Below are positions 11,356-23,000 of a stretch of DNA of 64,000 nt, in pieces; position 1 is the first letter of the stretch, and each line of letters starts with the position of its first letter. The position numbers and the translations under genes are program-made. The stretch is from Squalus acanthias (taxonomy: Eukaryota): assembly GCA_030390025.1 (NCBI GenBank), contig CM059431.1:134108001-134172000 (forward strand). The letters are read 5' to 3'. The notes below the pieces were generated by a model. The model ran no database searches, was not told the DNA's origin, and saw only the letters and a list, made by a program, of their open reading frames with translations.

Positions 11356-12906
11356 ACCTCCCCTATGGCCAGAGAGGTTCTGAAAATTTGTGTCAGAGCC
11401 TCTGCAATCTCCTCCCTTGCCTCACACTGCAGCCTGGGATCCATCTCATCTGGGCCTGGGGATTTATCCACTTTTAAGCCCACTAAAACCGCTAGTACCT
11501 CCTCCCTCTCAATACTAATTTGTTCAAGTATATCACAATCCCCCTGCCTGATTTCTATGCCTACATCATCCTTCTCCATAGTGAACACAGATGCAAAATA
11601 TTCATTTAAAACATCACCTACATCTTCTGGCTCTACACACAGATTGCCATTTTGGTCCCTAATGGGCCCTACTCTTTCCCTGGTTATCCTCTGGCCCTTA
11701 ATATACTTATAAAACACCTTGGGGTTTTCCTTTATTTTGCTCGCCAGTGGTTTTTCATGCCTCCTCTTCGCTCTCCTAATTTCCTTTTTAAGTACCCCCC
11801 TGCACTTTCTATACTCCTCTAGGGCTTCAACTGTTTTTAGTCCTTTGTATCTGCCAAAAGCCTCCCTTTCTTTCCTAATCCATTCTTGTATATCCCTTGA
11901 CATCCAGGGTTCCCTGGGCTTGTTGGTCCCACCCTTGACCTTTACGGGAACATGTTGGCACTGTACTCTCTCTATTTCCTTTCTGAAAGACTCCCACTGC
12001 TCTGATGTGGATTTTCCTACAAGTAGCTGATCCCAGTCCACTTTGGCCAGATCCTGCCTTATCATATTAAAATCGGTCTTCCCCCAATTTAGAACCTTTA
12101 TTTCCGGTCCATCTTTGTCCTTTTCCATGACTACTTTAAATCTCACCGAATTATGCTCACTGTCACCAAAATGCTCTCCTACTGACACTTCTACCACTTG
12201 CCCGGCTACATTCCCTAGAATTAGGTCCAGTACTGCCCCCTCTCTTGTAGAACTTTCTACATGCTGGCTCAAAAAGCTCTCCTGGATGCACTTTAAGAAT
12301 TCCGCACCCTCTAAGCCTTTCACACTCTGACTATCCCAGTTAATATTGGGGAAGTTGAAATCCCCTACTATTATTACCCTATTATTTCTACACTTCTCTG
12401 AGATTTGCCTACATATCTATTCTTCTATCTCCCCCTGACTGTTTGGGGGCCTATAGTACACTCCCACCAAATTGCTTGCCCCCTTTTTGTTTATAAGTTC
12501 TACCCATATGGCCTCATTAGAGGAACCTGCTAAGAGATCATCCTTCCTTAGGCAGTAATTGCCTCCTTGATTAATATTGCGACACCCCCTCCTCTTTTAC
12601 ATCCACCTCTGTCTCGCCTGAAGATTCTATACCCCGGAATATTGAGCTGCCAGTCCTGCCCCTCCTTCAACCATGTCTCTGTGATAGCAACAATATCATA
12701 CTCCCATGTGTTCATCAACACCTTCAATTCATCAGCCTTACTCGCAAGACTCCTTGCATTAAAATAAATGCCATCCAGCCTTGCCATACTCCTTTGTGCC
12801 GTTACATATTTGTTCTGCCTTCCAGGCTGACTTATTTTTTCCTTTATATTTGGCTGTGCATCACCCCCTACTATAGCTCCACTCTGTATCCCATCCCCCT
12901 GCCAAG

Positions 12907-13860
12907 TTAGTTTAAACCCCCCCCCCCAACAGTACTAGCAAACCTCCCCGCAAGGATGTTGGTCCCGTTCCGGTTCAGGTGCAACCCATCCGACTTGTAC
13001 AGGTCCCACCTTCCCCAGAAGCAGACCCAGTGATCCAGGAAACTAAAGCCCTCCCTCCTGCACCAACTCTTTAGCCACGCATTCATCTGCTCTATCCTCC
13101 TATTCCTATACTCACTAGCACGTGGCACTGGGAGTAATCCAGAGATTACAACCTTTGAGGTCCTGCTTTTTAATTTGCTACCTAGCTCCCTAAATTCTTG
13201 TTGCAGGACCTCATCCCTCTTTCTACCCATGTCGTTGGTACCAATGTGAACCACGACCTCTGACTGTTCGCCCTCCCCCTTCAGAATGACCTGCAGCCGT
13301 TCAGTGACATCCTTGACCCTGGCACCAGGGAGGCAACATACCATCCTGGAGTCACGTCTGTGGCCACAGAAACGTCTCTCTGTTCCCCTTACGATAGAAT
13401 CCCCTATCACTATTGCTCTCCCACTCTTTTTCCTCCCCTCCTGTGCAGCTGAGCCAGTCGTAGTGCCATGGACTTGGCTCTTGCTGCATTCCCCTGAGAA
13501 ACCATCTCCCCTATCAGTATCCAAAACGGAAAATCTGTTGGAGAGGGAGATGGACCCAGGGGACTCCTGCACTACCTTCCTAGTTCTTTTACTCTGTCTG
13601 GTGGTCACCCATTCCCTGTCTGCCTGTGCACTCTTTACCTGCGGTGTGACCACCTCGTTAAACGTGCTATCCACGAAGATCTCAGCTTCACGGATGCTCC
13701 ACAGTGACTCCAGCCGCAGCTCCAGATCCGAAACGCGGATTTCGAGTAGCTGCAGCTGGAGATACTTCTTGCCCATGTGCTCGCCCTGGAAACCGAAAGT
13801 GTCCCTGACTTCCCACATAGCACAGGAGGAGCACTCCATGCTGCCGAGCTGCCCTGCCAT
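12907..13860 (-). CDS. CR1 ORF1 protein with SGNH/GDSL esterase domain and N-terminal Cys/coiled-coil region
   Basis: Uninterrupted 317 aa: CSSC near the N-terminus, leucine heptads, AIVIGDSIVRG, HIGTND, DGLHLN. Confidence 0.88.
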   Translation of the reverse strand: MAGQLGSMECSSCAMWEVRDTFGFQGEHMGKKYLQLQLLEIRVSDLELRLESLWSIREAEIFVDSTFNEVVTPQVKSAQADREWVTTRQSKRTRKVVQESPGSISLSNRFSVLDTDRGDGFSGECSKSQVHGTTTGSAAQEGRKKSGRAIVIGDSIVRGTERRFCGHRRDSRMVCCLPGARVKDVTERLQVILKGEGEQSEVVVHIGTNDMGRKRDEVLQQEFRELGSKLKSRTSKVVISGLLPVPRASEYRNRRIEQMNAWLKSWCRREGFSFLDHWVCFWGRWDLYKSDGLHLNRNGTNILAGRFASTVGGGGLN

Positions 13861-14250
13861 GTCCTACCCTTAATTTACTCCCTTTACTTCCTTTAAATTA
13901 AAGAATATTAAATACACTAGGGACCTTACTTCCCTTTAAACACTACTTACTCTAAACTAGAAACCTTACTTTTACTTTAACGACTGGACTGTAGAAATAC
14001 TCACCAGGTCCTACTTACCAATCAGCTCCTTCCCTGGTTATGATGTCACTTTAGCGGTTTTGCAGTTGTTGTTATTTTACTGCTCCCGCTCTCGGACTCT
14101 TTCCTTGGTGTAAAGTAAAAACCAATTCCCAACTCGCAGCACTCTGTTTAATCCGCACTTTTTATCTTTCTCCAGATGCGGTTGGGGGCGGTCACAGAGC
14201 CGAACTCCCGCTAAGACTAACTTGATTGAGTTTTTTGATGAGGTAACAGA

Positions 14251-14558
14251 AACATAGAAACATAGAAACTAGGAGCAGGAGTAGGCCATTCGGCCCGTCG
14301 AGCCTGCTCCACCATTCAATACGATCATGGCTGATCATCCAAATCCAGTACCCTGTCCCTACTTTCTCACACAGAATCCCCATCGAGCCTGCACCGACAC
14401 ATATCCCACCCTATCCCCGTAACCCCACGTATTTAATTCCCCCTAACATATCCCTTCCTATCCTATCCCCGTAACCCCACATATTTAATCCCCCCCTAAC
14501 ACTAAGGGTCAATTTATCATAGCCAAATCAACCTAACCCGCACATTTTTGGACTGTGG
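14251..14558 (-). mobile_element. 5'-truncated V-SINE-like element (HE1-like) with a CR1-derived tail
   Basis: Reverse complement begins ccacagtccaaaaatgtgcgggttaggttgatttggctatgataaattgaccctt (V-domain-like, recalled) and ends in a CR1 tail with (CTATGTTT)n. Confidence 0.6.
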
Positions 14559-14623
14559 ATGGATGAGGGCAGTGCATTTGATGTTGTGTATATGGACTTT
14601 CAAAAGGCATTTGATAAAGTACC

Positions 14624-14986
14624 CATTCTGGGCAGAGGAAACACTTCAAGGACACCCTCAAAGCCTCCTTGAAAAAGTGTAACATCCCCACCGACACCTG
14701 GGAATCCCTGGCCCAAGTCCGCACAAAGTGGAGGAGACGCATCCGGGAAGGCGCCGAACACCTCGAGTCTCTTCGCCGGGAGCAAGCGGAAGCCAAGCGC
14801 AGGCAGCGCAAGGAGCGCACGTCAACCCAAGCACCCCACCCACCCGCCCCTTCAACCACCGTCTGCCCCAACTGTGACAGAGACTGTAGGTCCCGCATTG
14901 GACTCATCAGTCACCTGAGAACTCATTTTTAATGTGGAAGCAAGTCATCCTCGGTTCCGAGGGACTGCCTAATAAGAGAAGAAGAA
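14624..14986 (+). mobile_element. RTE-clade LINE 3' fragment with 11-bp TSD
   Basis: GQRKHFKDTLKASLKKCNI...WESLAQ..KWRR...CPNCDRDCRSRIGLISHLRTH (C2H2), then a (GAA)n tail. TSD gataaagtacc at 14613-14623 and 14987-14997. Confidence 0.88.
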
Positions 14987-16635
14987 GATAAAGTACCACA
15001 TATAAGGCTTGTTAGCAAAATTGAAGCTCATGGGATAACAGGAGCAGTAGCAGCATGGATAGAAAACAGACAGTTGTGGTGAATGCCTGCTTTTTGGACT
15101 GGAGGGAGGTATACTGTGGCATTCCCCAAGGTTCAGTACTAGGACCACTGCTGTTTTTGATACATATTAACGACTTGGACTTGGTGGGTACAGGGCACAA
15201 TTTTGAAATCTGCAGATGACACGAAACTTGGAAGTGTAGTAAACAATGAGGAAGATAGTAATAGACTTCAAGAAGACATAGACAGGCTGGTGGAAATGGC
15301 GGACACATGGCAGACGAAATGCAAAGCAGAGAAGTGTGGGGTGATACATTTTGGTAGGAAAAAGGAGGAGAGAGTATACATACTAAATAGTACAATTTTA
15401 AAGGGGGTGCAAGAACAGAGAGACCTGGAGGTGCTTGTGCACAAATCTTTGATGATGCCAGGACAGGTTAACAAAGCAGTAATAAAGCATATGTGATCCT
15501 GGGTTTATAAATAGAGTCAGAATAAAAAAGCCAGGAAGTTATGCTAAACCTATGTAAAAAATAATTTGGCCCCAGATGGAGAATTGTGTTTCATTCTGGG
15601 TACCACATTTTACGAAGGGCGTGAAGGCTTTGAGTGAGTACAGAAGAGATTTACTAGAATGGTTCCAGGGATGAGGGATTAGTTATACTAGAGAAGCTGG
15701 GGTTGTTCTTGGAGCAGAGGAGGCTAAGAGGAGATTTGATAGAGGTGCTTAAAATCATGAAGGGTTTCGGTAGAGAAAGTAAAGAGAAACTGTTTCCAAT
15801 GGCTGTAGGGTTAATAACAAGAGGGCATGATTGAAGGTGATTCGCAAAAGAACCAGAGGCGACATGAGGAAAAACTTTTTTACACAATGAGTGGTTAGGA
15901 TTTGGAAAGCACTGCCTGATAGGGTGGTGGATACAGATTCAATAGTAGTCTTCAAAAGAGAATTGGATAAGTACTTGGAGGAGAAAAAATTGCAACAATT
16001 GCAGGGATATGGGGAAAGAGCAGGGGAGTGGGACTAACCGGATTGCTCTTTGAAAGAAATGGCTCGATGGGCCGAATGGCCTCTTTCTGTGCTGTACTAT
16101 TCTAGGAGTAATTTTGACTTTGGGTGATAGTGTAAAACGGGCGATAGCAAATCAGCAACCTGTTTAACATCTCTCCCGATTTTAATTTCATTGACTTCTC
16201 CTGACCTCGGTAGCACAAGGCTCGGGCAATTTTAACTCTCAGGCCTCATCTGCATACCGCCAGTCAGCTGCTCCCCCCCCCTGAAATGGACGGGAAGCAG
16301 CAGCGTCAAGATCTATTCCTCTCTGTCCTTCGTTTCTCGTCCTCTCTTTCGCTGACCCCAGTCTCTGTCTCTCTCATTCTCTGCATCTCTCACACAATTA
16401 CCTTTTCTAACAGTCCACAGAGTTGAGATAATTAGTTAGCTTCAAAATTCAACTGGTGTGCTTTACTGAAAACTGAACTATTAACATGAAAACTCACTTT
16501 CTCTCCCCTTTTGCCCCTTTCTTCCACTTTAATTCACTTTCTAAAGTTTATAGAACACAAAACAGATAGCGCAGTAGATGTAATCAGAACACCACTTTTC
16601 CCCCACAAATACACACAATCACACACACACAGAGC

Positions 16636-16700
16636 GGGGTTGAAATTCAACTTTGCCGGGGGTATAAAATAGGCAACCGCTGAAGTTGAATTTCACCCCC
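16636..16700. mobile_element. 65-bp Harbinger-type mini-MITE
   Basis: ggggttgaaattcaactt ... aagttgaatttcaccccc: 18-bp TIR with 1 mismatch, flanks agc/agt. Confidence 0.6.
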
Positions 16701-16860
16701 AGTCTCCCTGGTTTATTTTAAACACTCAAATTGTACTTCAACAAACCTTCTGAAATTTGTCCTCTTTCTCAAAATGAATTGAAGAAAAATTACTGCGTAG
16801 AAAAAGCTGGAAGTTAAAGAAAAAATATTCCATTGGTGCAGTTAACGGAATGGTTAAGAA

Positions 16861-17035
16861 GACAGAACCTTGGTTTAAGGTTTCATCTGAAAGACAGCAC
16901 CTTCAACAGTACAGAGCTCCTTCAGTGCTGCACTTAACTGTCAGCCTAGATTATGTGTTCAATTGTCTGGAATGGGGCTTGAACCCATAACATTCTGATT
17001 AACATGAAAGTGCTACCGCTGAGTCAAAGCTGACG
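16861..17035 (-). mobile_element. tRNA-derived Deu-domain SINE (SacSINE1-like), 5' part
   Basis: Reverse complement has a tRNA-like head with B-box-like GGTTCAAGCCC, followed by cagcactgaaggagctctgtactgttgaaggtgctgtctttcagatg (Deu-domain-like, recalled). Confidence 0.6.
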
Positions 17036-17269
17036 TCTATACCTCTGAGGTGAGCTAATTATTAAATGGTGTTCTTACTGGTGCTGCACTTTATTCATAT
17101 TGATTTCTAGACTTCTTTTTAAGCAAGGATACTTTCAGACCACTTAAAGCTATCATAATAAACTCCTAAACATGAACCCAAATCCCAATCAATTTCCCCT
17201 AATTTTTTGATTTAAAAAAATGTCCAATCTTTACAAGTTTAAGAAATTCTACAAAAATGACTAAAGTGA

Positions 17270-19840
17270 AAGCCAGAATTTTTATTTGCCCTATTTTTAT
17301 CCTCTCTTTAGTTTTCCCTATCCCATGCAACATTTGCTTACGAAATTGCCAATGTCAATGCTGTTCTAGAACCAACGAGCAGTATATCAGCAATCCAAGG
17401 TGACATGCTAAAATGTTCTTTCCTTCCACCTTACATCCAATCAGCAGCTGATGGCATGGTAGAGACTGGGAACTTACCCAGTTATAACCTCACAGACATG
17501 ACTGCAAATACTGCAAGAAGTTTAATGACCTGACCAGGGTTGCTAAGGTAAGACTCCTAACTCAGATGTCACATTATGCGCTGCTTAACCCTGCACTGTA
17601 GCCCCAGAACTCACGACCCTTACCTCCCCCGATTACCAACACTCTCCTCCAATCACTACAGCATACTTCACTCCTTCTGCTCCAAATGCCGCACTCTGCA
17701 TTTGTTATTCTCCTCACTTTTACTTCCCACACCTCCTCAAACCTCTGCAACCCTTCACACACTAGACCACTATTATACCTTGACATGCACATCCTCAAAG
17801 CATCTCACGAGGCTACCACTAGCTCTCTCCCTTATTTCTTGCAAAAGACGTTTGCACGCAATAACAGGGACTGGGGAGGACTAGAGGAGAGCTAGCCTCC
17901 ATTAACATCCTCTGCCCAGTCGAGGAGAAGGCATGAAGATCATAGGGATAGGTTATATCAGGGGTATGGTAAGTGGCAACGCTGGGGAACGCATCCTGCA
18001 GGGTCCTTGCTATCTTACACTCTGTCCCTTCTCATTGAAATTTCACCCTCACACACTATGCATGGCAAAGTTCCGTTACTTTCAGTGGCTACTCATCTGT
18101 TTCTTCTTACCCTTGACACAAAATGCTACCCCTTGTCCCTTTTCAGCTGCAATGCATGTAGAGCCCCTAGTCAAGGAGCTGGAAGAGGGTGGCATCCATG
18201 AAAACACAACATCAGTCGACCTTAATCTAGCATGCACCAGCTCAGAGACTGACTATTTAAAAGATAGGTGAGATGGTGTGCACTACTGCAGGGCAATAGG
18301 ACAGCCCAGGAAGCAGCTCACTAGAAGGAGAGCTCACATCTTAACCCTACGTCAGATGGCACAGATTAAGGCTCCAAGAGCACAGCCTGCAGAAGCCTAC
18401 TGATGGCTATACACCAGGAACTTCTAAGTGCACTGGCCTGCCTGCCAGCAAGCTTGCACACAACGGCACAGGGCAAGGAGGAGTCCAGCTCACCCTTGTG
18501 TGGGATCATCATGTGAGGCATGGAAACCATGCAGTCAACCACAGAGCAAGTGGTCAGTTCTATGAATGCTGCAGTGGGGTCTACAATGTTGGAGCCTCTG
18601 GTAGCAGCTCTGACATCTTTGCTGGGAGATCAGACTGCTGCCATCATCACTCTGGGGGTCTAGCATCTCCTCATACTTTCAATCCATGAAGCAGAGCATG
18701 GATAGGACTGTGGAGAGCATGGGTAGAGGCTTGCAGAGCATCACTATACTCCTTTACTCTGTTCTTGTGCATCAACACCAGCTCAGACACTGGATATTTA
18801 GACAGTATGCACTAGTGCAGGGAGATAAAGAGTGTGGGTGTACAGCATCCTGACAATCACATTGGCTCCATGGGAAAAGTTCATGCTGTCCTCTCTCGGG
18901 ATGGCAGCACGCCTGCTCCCTTGCCAACCTCTGACCCAGTGCCCTGTTGGTTCGACACAGCCAGCTGTCCCGGTCGATGGTGAGACCCAGCAATCTGCAG
19001 CCAAACCTTCTCTGGCCAGGGTTGCTCAAGGTTGTCCACTACGGCCATTTCAAGTGTTGTTCTGGAAGACCCACATCCTGCAAGGCCTCCTGTGTCCTTC
19101 CCTCCATCGCCCTCTTCTTTGAGCCGCTACAGGTCTGTGTTGCCTTGCTTGTTGCTGTTGATATTCCCGCTGGTGTGGCAGTCTCAATGGTAATCCCAGA
19201 AACACCCCCATTTTTCCAAATAATACTACAGCCAGTATAGTAAAACAGTACAGCAGCAGTCAAAAGTCAGCTCTCCAACATCTCTGTACCCTTAAAATTG
19301 CCAAAACTTATTCAAAACAGCCAAAAAAAATCCACAGCAGCTTAAAACTACTATCCAGAGACTTACTTTAATGGAGGCGAGAATCGCTTTAAATACCGCT
19401 GCTGTTGCCTGAATCTTTAATTTTACTGCCATGTTTTGTGGCACGGCCTTAAGAATGAGCGAATCACATGCTCCCAGGCATCAATTTTCCAAAAGGGTCT
19501 TAATTTAGGCGCAGGACCTTGCTGGTTGCGGCCTGCAGTGGTCCCTTTAAGGGTCATGTTTTTGGCTGCCGGAAGACCTGGTTTTCCTAAATGCAGCTGG
19601 CCTGGCATTGGCTGCGTTCAGGGCAACTTAATATTGCAGGGGGAGACTTATCTGAATATGTAAACGGTCTACCGGCTGTTTTACATGTGGGCTCTGGGTG
19701 CCAATTTTTATGCCTATACCAATATGGCGGGCGGTGCAATTCCAACTCATAAAACGTCCACTTTCTGCCCACCATATTGTAGGTTAGGGTGCCCAGTTAG
19801 CACCCAAAAAACAGGCACCGTGTCATCCAATTTCTAGACC
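17270..19840. mobile_element. Old internally deleted Harbinger element (Myb gene +, transposase 5' stub -)
   Basis: Myb exon ends CKKFNDLTRVAK|gtaaga at ~17550, with degenerate downstream exons. Minus-strand MGVFLGLP...RRP stub starts at 19211. Right end aatttctagacc at 19840; left end uncertain. Confidence 0.65.
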
Positions 19841-20090
19841 ACTATGTTTGTCCACATCAGTGGGCTGTCTTACTTGATGTAAACAAACTAATTTCTGACT
19901 ACACTCCAGCAATCTTCTTCTCAGCCAGGCAAAACTTCTCCTCACAGCTATCTGTTGAAAAAAAACTTGACGGCCTTCCTGCCATTGCTTGTGTCTATGT
20001 CTCTATTTTTGTTATCTTAAAAAAGGAAGGTCTGCAAAACACCCCCTGCTGAGCCCCCGGGAGCAGAGACTTCCCAACACAAAAAGTCAG

Positions 20091-23000
20091 GGCCGCAAAA
20101 TTCAATGTTGTAGCGCGGCTGATAAGGCCGGTTTTCTTGAAAAAATAGCAGCCGCCTTGCTTCTGTGGGACACGGCGGCCGCTACTTTGGAGAGGTTGGC
20201 AGCTCTGCCATTGCCTGCACTCACTTCTCCCATGTAAATATGTAGACCGTGACGTCAATTGGCGTGCAGCACCTGAATTGATGCATGACTGCAATTTTGG
20301 ACGTCACCACACTCCATACCGCCCTCTCCTAATCACACACGGAAGAACGTGCATGCAGCAGTTGTACAGAGACGCTGTCAGTGCAACAAAGGTAATGCAA
20401 TAATCTTGGGGGACTTTAATCTTCATTTAGACTGGACAAATCAAATTGGCAAAGGTAGTCTGGAAGACGAGTTCATGGAATGCATTCCATATGTCAAGGA
20501 CAATATGTCAAGGAACCTACCAGGGAACAGGCTATTTTAGATCTTGTACTGTGTAATGAGACAGGCTTAATTAGCAATCTCATAGTAAAGGATCCTCTGG
20601 GGCAGAGTGATCATAATATGATAAAACTTCACGTTAATTTTGAGAGTGACTTGCCTAAGTCCGAAACTAGAGTCTTAAACTTAAATAAAGCCAATTACAT
20701 AAGTATGAGGGTTGAGTTAGCTAAGGCAGATTGGAAAAATAGATTAAAATGTATGGCGGTAGATATGCAGTGGCTAGCATTTAAAGAAATATTTCATAAT
20801 TCTCAACAAAAATACATTCCATTAAGAAACAAAAACTCCAACAGTGAGAAAAGTGATCCAACCGTGGCTAACTAAAGAAGTTAAGGATAGCATTAGATTG
20901 AAAGAAGAAGCTTATAATGTTGCAAAGAATGATAGTAAGCCTGAGGATTGGGTGAGTTTCAGAAACCAGCAAAGGTTGACCAAAAAATTGATAAAAAGGG
21001 AAAAAATAGAATGAGAGAAAACTAGCAAGAAATATAAAAGCAGATTGTAAGAGTTTCTACAAGTATGTAAAAAGGAAAAGAGTAGCAAAAGTAAACGTTG
21101 GTCCCTTAGAGGCTGAGACAGGAGAAATTATTATGGGGAATAAGGAAATGGCAGAAATGTTAAACAAATATTTTGTATCTGTCTTCACAGTAGAAGACAC
21201 AAAATGCATACCAAAAATGGTGGGGAACCAAGGGTCTAATGAGGGTGAGGAACTTAACGTAATTAATATAAGTAGAGAAAAAGTACTAAACTAATGGGAC
21301 AAAAAGCCAATAAATCCCCTGGACCTGACATGCTAGGGTTCTAAAAGAGGTGGCGGCAGAGATAGTGGATGCATTGGTTTTGATCTTCCAAAACTCCCGA
21401 GATTCTGGAACGGTCCCAGCGGATTGGAAGGTCGCAAATGTAACACCGCTATTCAAGAAAGGCAGGAGAGAAAAAACAGTGAACTACAGGCCAGTAAGCC
21501 TGACATCAGTCATCGGGAAAATGCTGGAATCCATTGTTAAGAAAGTGGTATCAAGTCACTTAGAAAATCATAACATGATTAGGCAGAGTCAACATGGTTT
21601 TATGAAAGGGAAATTGTGTTTGACAAATTTATTAGAGTTTTTGGAGGATGTAACTAGCAGGGTAGATAAAGGGGAACCAGTGGATGTAGTATATTTGGAT
21701 TTCAAAAGGCATTCGATAAGGTGCCACATAAAAGGTTATTACACAAGATTAGGGCTCATGGGGTTGGGGGTAATATAGTAGCATGGATAGAGGATTGGTT
21801 AACGGACAGAAAACAGAGAGTAGGGATAAGCGGTTCTTTTTCAGATTGGTAGGCTGTAACTAGTGGGGTGCCGCAAGGATCAGTGTTGGGGCCTCAGCTA
21901 TTTACAATCTATATTAATGACCTAGATGAAGGGACCGAGTGTAATGTATCCATGCTTGCTGATGATACAAAGCTGTGAGGAGAACACAACGAGTCTGCAA
22001 AGGGATATAGATAGACTGAGTGGGCAGTAAGGTGGCAGATGGAGTATAATGTAGGGAAATGTGAGGTTATTCACTTTGGTAGGAAGAATAGAAAAACAGA
22101 ATATTTTTTAAATGGTGAGAAACTTTCAAATGTTGGTGTTCAGAGAGATTTGGAAGTCCTCGTGCAAGAAACACAGAAAGCTAGCATGCAGGTACAGCAA
22201 GCAATAAGAAAGGCAAATGGCATGTTGGCCTTTAATGCAAGGGGGTTGGAGTATAAGAGTAAGGAAGTCTTGCTACAATTGTACAGGGCCTTGGTGAGAC
22301 CACACCTGGAGTACTGTGCACAGTTTTGGTCTCCTTATCTAAGGAAGGTTATAATTGCCTTGGAGGCGGTGCAACAAAGGTTCACTAGATTGATTCCTGG
22401 GATGAGAGGGCTGTCCTATGATGAGAGATTGTGTAGAATGGCCTGTACTCTCTGGAGTTTAGAAGAATGAGAGATGATCTCATTGAAACATACAAGATTC
22501 TGAAGGGGATTGACAGGGTAGATGCTGAGAGGTTGTTTCCCCTGGCTGGAGTGTCTAGAACAAGGGGACATAGTCTCAGGATAAGGGGTAGGCCATTTAA
22601 GACCAAGATAAGAAGGAATTTCTTCACTCAGAGGGCTGTGAATCTTTGGAATTCTCTGCCCCAGAGGTCTGTGAATGCTGAGTCTTTGAGTATATTCAAG
22701 GCTGTGATAGATGGATTTTTGGACTCTAGGGGAATCAGGGGGACTCTAGAGGACATCGTTGGGAAAGTGGAGTTGAGGTCGATGATCAGCCATGATCTTA
22801 TTGAATGGCAGAGCAGGCTCGAGGGGCCGTATGGCCTTCTCCTGTTCTTATTTCTTATGTTCTTAAAGGGATACATACATCTTTCAGGTAGGTTTCAATT
22901 TCAGCTTTTGGAGTGTTTTTTTAAATATTTTATTGGAGTCGTGGCTTAGTGCAATACATTTAAAAAGTTGTTGAAGTGTGCAGGAAGTGCTGCTGGATGT

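Larger units (their letters stand above)
8162..14213 (-). mobile_element. Full-length CR1 LINE (5'UTR, ORF1, ORF2, (ATGACTCT)n tail), interrupted by a Penelope element
   Basis: ORF1 12907..13860. ORF2 pieces 12548..12787 (APE start, NARS...ITETW), 11286..12323, 8778..9410 (FADD), 8452..8826 and 8253..8450. The host CR1 reads tgtttgacta before and gactaacttgattgag after (short gacta duplication). Confidence 0.9.
14214..16103 (+). mobile_element. Older CR1 LINE ORF2/3' end (host of the insertions from 7046 to 14986; begins ~7001)
   Basis: Degenerate RT (ORF 15203..15496, SADDTKLG) and CR1 3'UTR ending ctgtactattcta. Confidence 0.85.

Noticed and set aside
16745..16800. Additional DZIP1 exon in unique-looking DNA (also looked at 43160-43260, 45400-45600, 47300-47760 and 54480-55470)
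   Set aside because: No convincing acceptor/donor pair with DZIP1-like translation found by eye; a tBLASTn with DZIP1 orthologues would settle it
16960..17035. tRNA gene
   Set aside because: Only a degenerate tRNA-like SINE head; no full cloverleaf can be drawn
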